A program made the position numbers and the translations under genes. Positions 61,956 through 64,000 of a stretch of 64,000 nucleotides of DNA are shown here, piece by piece (within the stretch, counting starts at the first letter, position 1; every line of letters begins with the position of its first letter). The stretch is from an uncultured delta proteobacterium (GTDB taxonomy: Bacteria; Desulfobacterota; Binatia; JACPRU01), in assembly GCA_963745025.1 (NCBI GenBank), contig CAVUWD010000006.1, positions 1 through 64,000 on the forward strand. Direction: 5' to 3'. The notes beneath the pieces were generated by a model. That model searched no databases. It saw only the letters and a program-made list of their open reading frames with translations, and was not told the origin of the DNA.

Positions 61956-63116
61956 GTGTCGGAGACGCGCGCATATAGGAAATCCCTCGGTCTCGTCGAG
62001 CTCGTGTGCCTCGGGGTGGGCGGCACGATCGGCTCCGGGATCTTCGTCGTGCCCGGTATCGCAGCCGGTATCGCCGGCACCTCCTCGCTCCTCGCCTGGC
62101 TGCTCGTCGCAGTCTCGGCCTGTTCGGTCGCGTTCGCGCTCGGTTCGATACAGGCGCGATCGCCCGGGGGCACGACGTTCACGGCGCTGTTCGCAACGGT
62201 GTTCGGTCGCCCGCTGGCCGCGCTGCTGGTCACGACCTATGCGGTCTCGTCGGCGTTCGGCATCGCGACGATCGCCGCAGGACTCGGGCAGTACTTCGCG
62301 TTCTTCGGCCTCGGCCATCTGCTGGGCCTGGAGATCCTCATCATCGCCGTGTTCCTGGTCCTGAACCTGGTCGGCATCGCGCTCTCGGGCGCCACGGAGA
62401 CCGTGCTGTCGCTGATCAAGCTCGTCGGCATCGTCGCCATCATCGTCGCGCTCGTTCCGTTCTTTCATGAGCGGGAGCTGCTGCCCGCGCGGATCGCGCC
62501 CCTGCCGGCGCTGCTCAAGGTCGTGATCATCGTCTACTGGCCATTCACCGGCTTCGAGATCAGCGCCATTCCGGTGGCCGAGACGAAGGATCCGGCCCGG
62601 ATCGCCCGCGCGCTCATGCTCGTGATGGCGCTGGTCTGCGTGATCTATCTCGCGCTCAACGTCGCGCTCATCGGCGCGATCGGCACGGCGGAGCTCGCGG
62701 CTTCGGAGGCACCCGTCGCGTACGCGGTCGGCCGGATCTTTCCCGGCGCGGGTCCGCTGGTCGCCGTGCTCGGCATCGTCACGATGCTGTCTGCGCTCAA
62801 CGCTTACATCGTCGGTGCTTCGCGCGTGGTGCAGAACGGCTGCGAGACGTTTCACCTCGGACGGCTCGCCGCCCTGTCTAGCCGGGGCGTGCCCGCCATC
62901 GCGCTGTACGTCACGTGTGCCTCGGCAGCGGCTCTCCTGCTCTTTTCCAATCACTTCGACGTGCTGGCGGCCGCGGCGGTGCTGATGACGCTCGTGCCCT
63001 ACATCGCCATCTGCTGGGCGGCGTTCGTCGGTGCGACGAGTCGGACCATCCGCCTGGTGTCGTTGTCTGGCGCGATTCTGACGTCCGCGATCCTCGTGCT
63101 GTATTTCGCGCTGTAG
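61956..63116 (+). CDS. APC-family amino acid permease
   Basis: GGTIGSGIF, FTGFE..AETKDP, many TM segments. The start codon is uncertain. Confidence 0.88.
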   Translation: MSETRAYRKSLGLVELVCLGVGGTIGSGIFVVPGIAAGIAGTSSLLAWLLVAVSACSVAFALGSIQARSPGGTTFTALFATVFGRPLAALLVTTYAVSSAFGIATIAAGLGQYFAFFGLGHLLGLEILIIAVFLVLNLVGIALSGATETVLSLIKLVGIVAIIVALVPFFHERELLPARIAPLPALLKVVIIVYWPFTGFEISAIPVAETKDPARIARALMLVMALVCVIYLALNVALIGAIGTAELAASEAPVAYAVGRIFPGAGPLVAVLGIVTMLSALNAYIVGASRVVQNGCETFHLGRLAALSSRGVPAIALYVTCASAAALLLFSNHFDVLAAAAVLMTLVPYIAICWAAFVGATSRTIRLVSLSGAILTSAILVLYFAL

Positions 63117-63428
63117 CGCGAGCGCATCGGCCACGGGGGAAAGCGCCTCGTAAACCGCCACAGGCTGACGTTTTTCAAGCCCGACCGTCTCTCTGCAAGG
63201 TATCACCCGCTGGGGAGGAGACGCTCGCCATGTTCTGGGTTACGCCTGGTCCGAGAGAGATCTTCTTAGTGTTGACCGCGCACAACGCCAGCGCGGCGTA
63301 CACGTCGCTCGCGAACATCTGCGAGTCGTACAGCCAGGCATGTGTGAATCCACGCCAAATCCCTCGCTCCAGCGTTCGAGTACGTTGAATGTTACAGATG
63401 TAGCCCGTGACGTGCTACGTTTTCGCGA

Positions 63429-64000
63429 GTGAAACACATCGCGCTCGGCGCAGACGTCGGAAATCCGAGTCACGGCCAGAGGCCGGCTGAGGAGCGTTAC
63501 TTCATGGCCCTGGACGCCGGCGGCACGATGACGGACTGCGTGATCATCGACGACGCCGGGCGCGTGAGCCTCGGCAAGGCGCTCACCGATTGCGCCGACG
63601 AATCGACGAGCTTCCTCGACTCCGCGCGTGATGCCGCTGCCTACGGAAGCCTCGATCTCCGCGGGGTGTTCTCTCAGGCGAGCTCGATCATCTACGCGGG
63701 CACGATCATGCTGAACACGATCCTCTCTTACTCGGGCCAGCGCGTCGGCCTCCTCGTCACGCAGGGGATGGAGGACTATCTCACCCAGCAGCGCGCGGAA
63801 GGGTCGTGGCTCGGCCTCAGCTACGCGGACCGACTGCACTCGGTGACGCACTACAACAAGCCGCCGTACGTGCCGAGACGAAGGATCCGCGGGGTACGCG
63901 AGCGCACCGACATGACCGGCCGAGCGGTGATCCCGCTTCGCGACGAAGAGGTCAGCCGCCACGTCGCCGAGCTGCTCGGCGAGGGGATCCAAGCGCTCGG
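63429..64000 (+). CDS. Second hydantoinase A / acxA-like gene, partial at the window edge
   Basis: MALDAGGTMTD..YAGT.MLNT..SYADRLHSVTHYNKP..GVRERT aligns with 7151-9286. Confidence 0.85.
   Translation, partial: MKHIALGADVGNPSHGQRPAEERYFMALDAGGTMTDCVIIDDAGRVSLGKALTDCADESTSFLDSARDAAAYGSLDLRGVFSQASSIIYAGTIMLNTILSYSGQRVGLLVTQGMEDYLTQQRAEGSWLGLSYADRLHSVTHYNKPPYVPRRRIRGVRERTDMTGRAVIPLRDEEVSRHVAELLGEGIQAL

Noticed and set aside
1-64000. CRISPR array, rRNA or complete tRNA
   Set aside because: No regularly spaced repeats and no full cloverleaf were seen, only 3' or T-arm fragments.

Overview
GC-rich bacterial accessory-type window. The gene mix resembles Ca. Binatota or other deltaproteobacteria-like genomes, but this is inference only. 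Intact genes include an acetone-carboxylase-like acxABC operon plus the start of a second acxA-like paralogue, two acyl-CoA dehydrogenases, an atypical SDR, glgA with a GH57, a CoA-transferase, a PAS-GGDEF protein, STE24, gfa, kefFC, cydAB, a cyclase-AAA-TPR protein, a YcaQ-like glycosylase, a haloalkane dehalogenase and an ADP-forming acyl-CoA ligase. They are separated by many short gene remnants and mobile-element scars. The ORF track misses several signals: (i) a UGA-containing (selenocysteine) BCP peroxiredoxin with a SECIS-like hairpin; (ii) an attP-like tRNA/integrase junction whose flanking sequence recurs 19 kb away as a fused A+B repeat; (iii) three copies of a 26-bp IS-like terminus; (iv) two T-loop hairpins; and (v) a convergent pair of cNMP-fold paralogues that both lack the phosphate-binding Arg, near a degenerate cyclase. 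No rRNA, complete tRNA or CRISPR array was seen. No single novel system could be established from the sequence alone.
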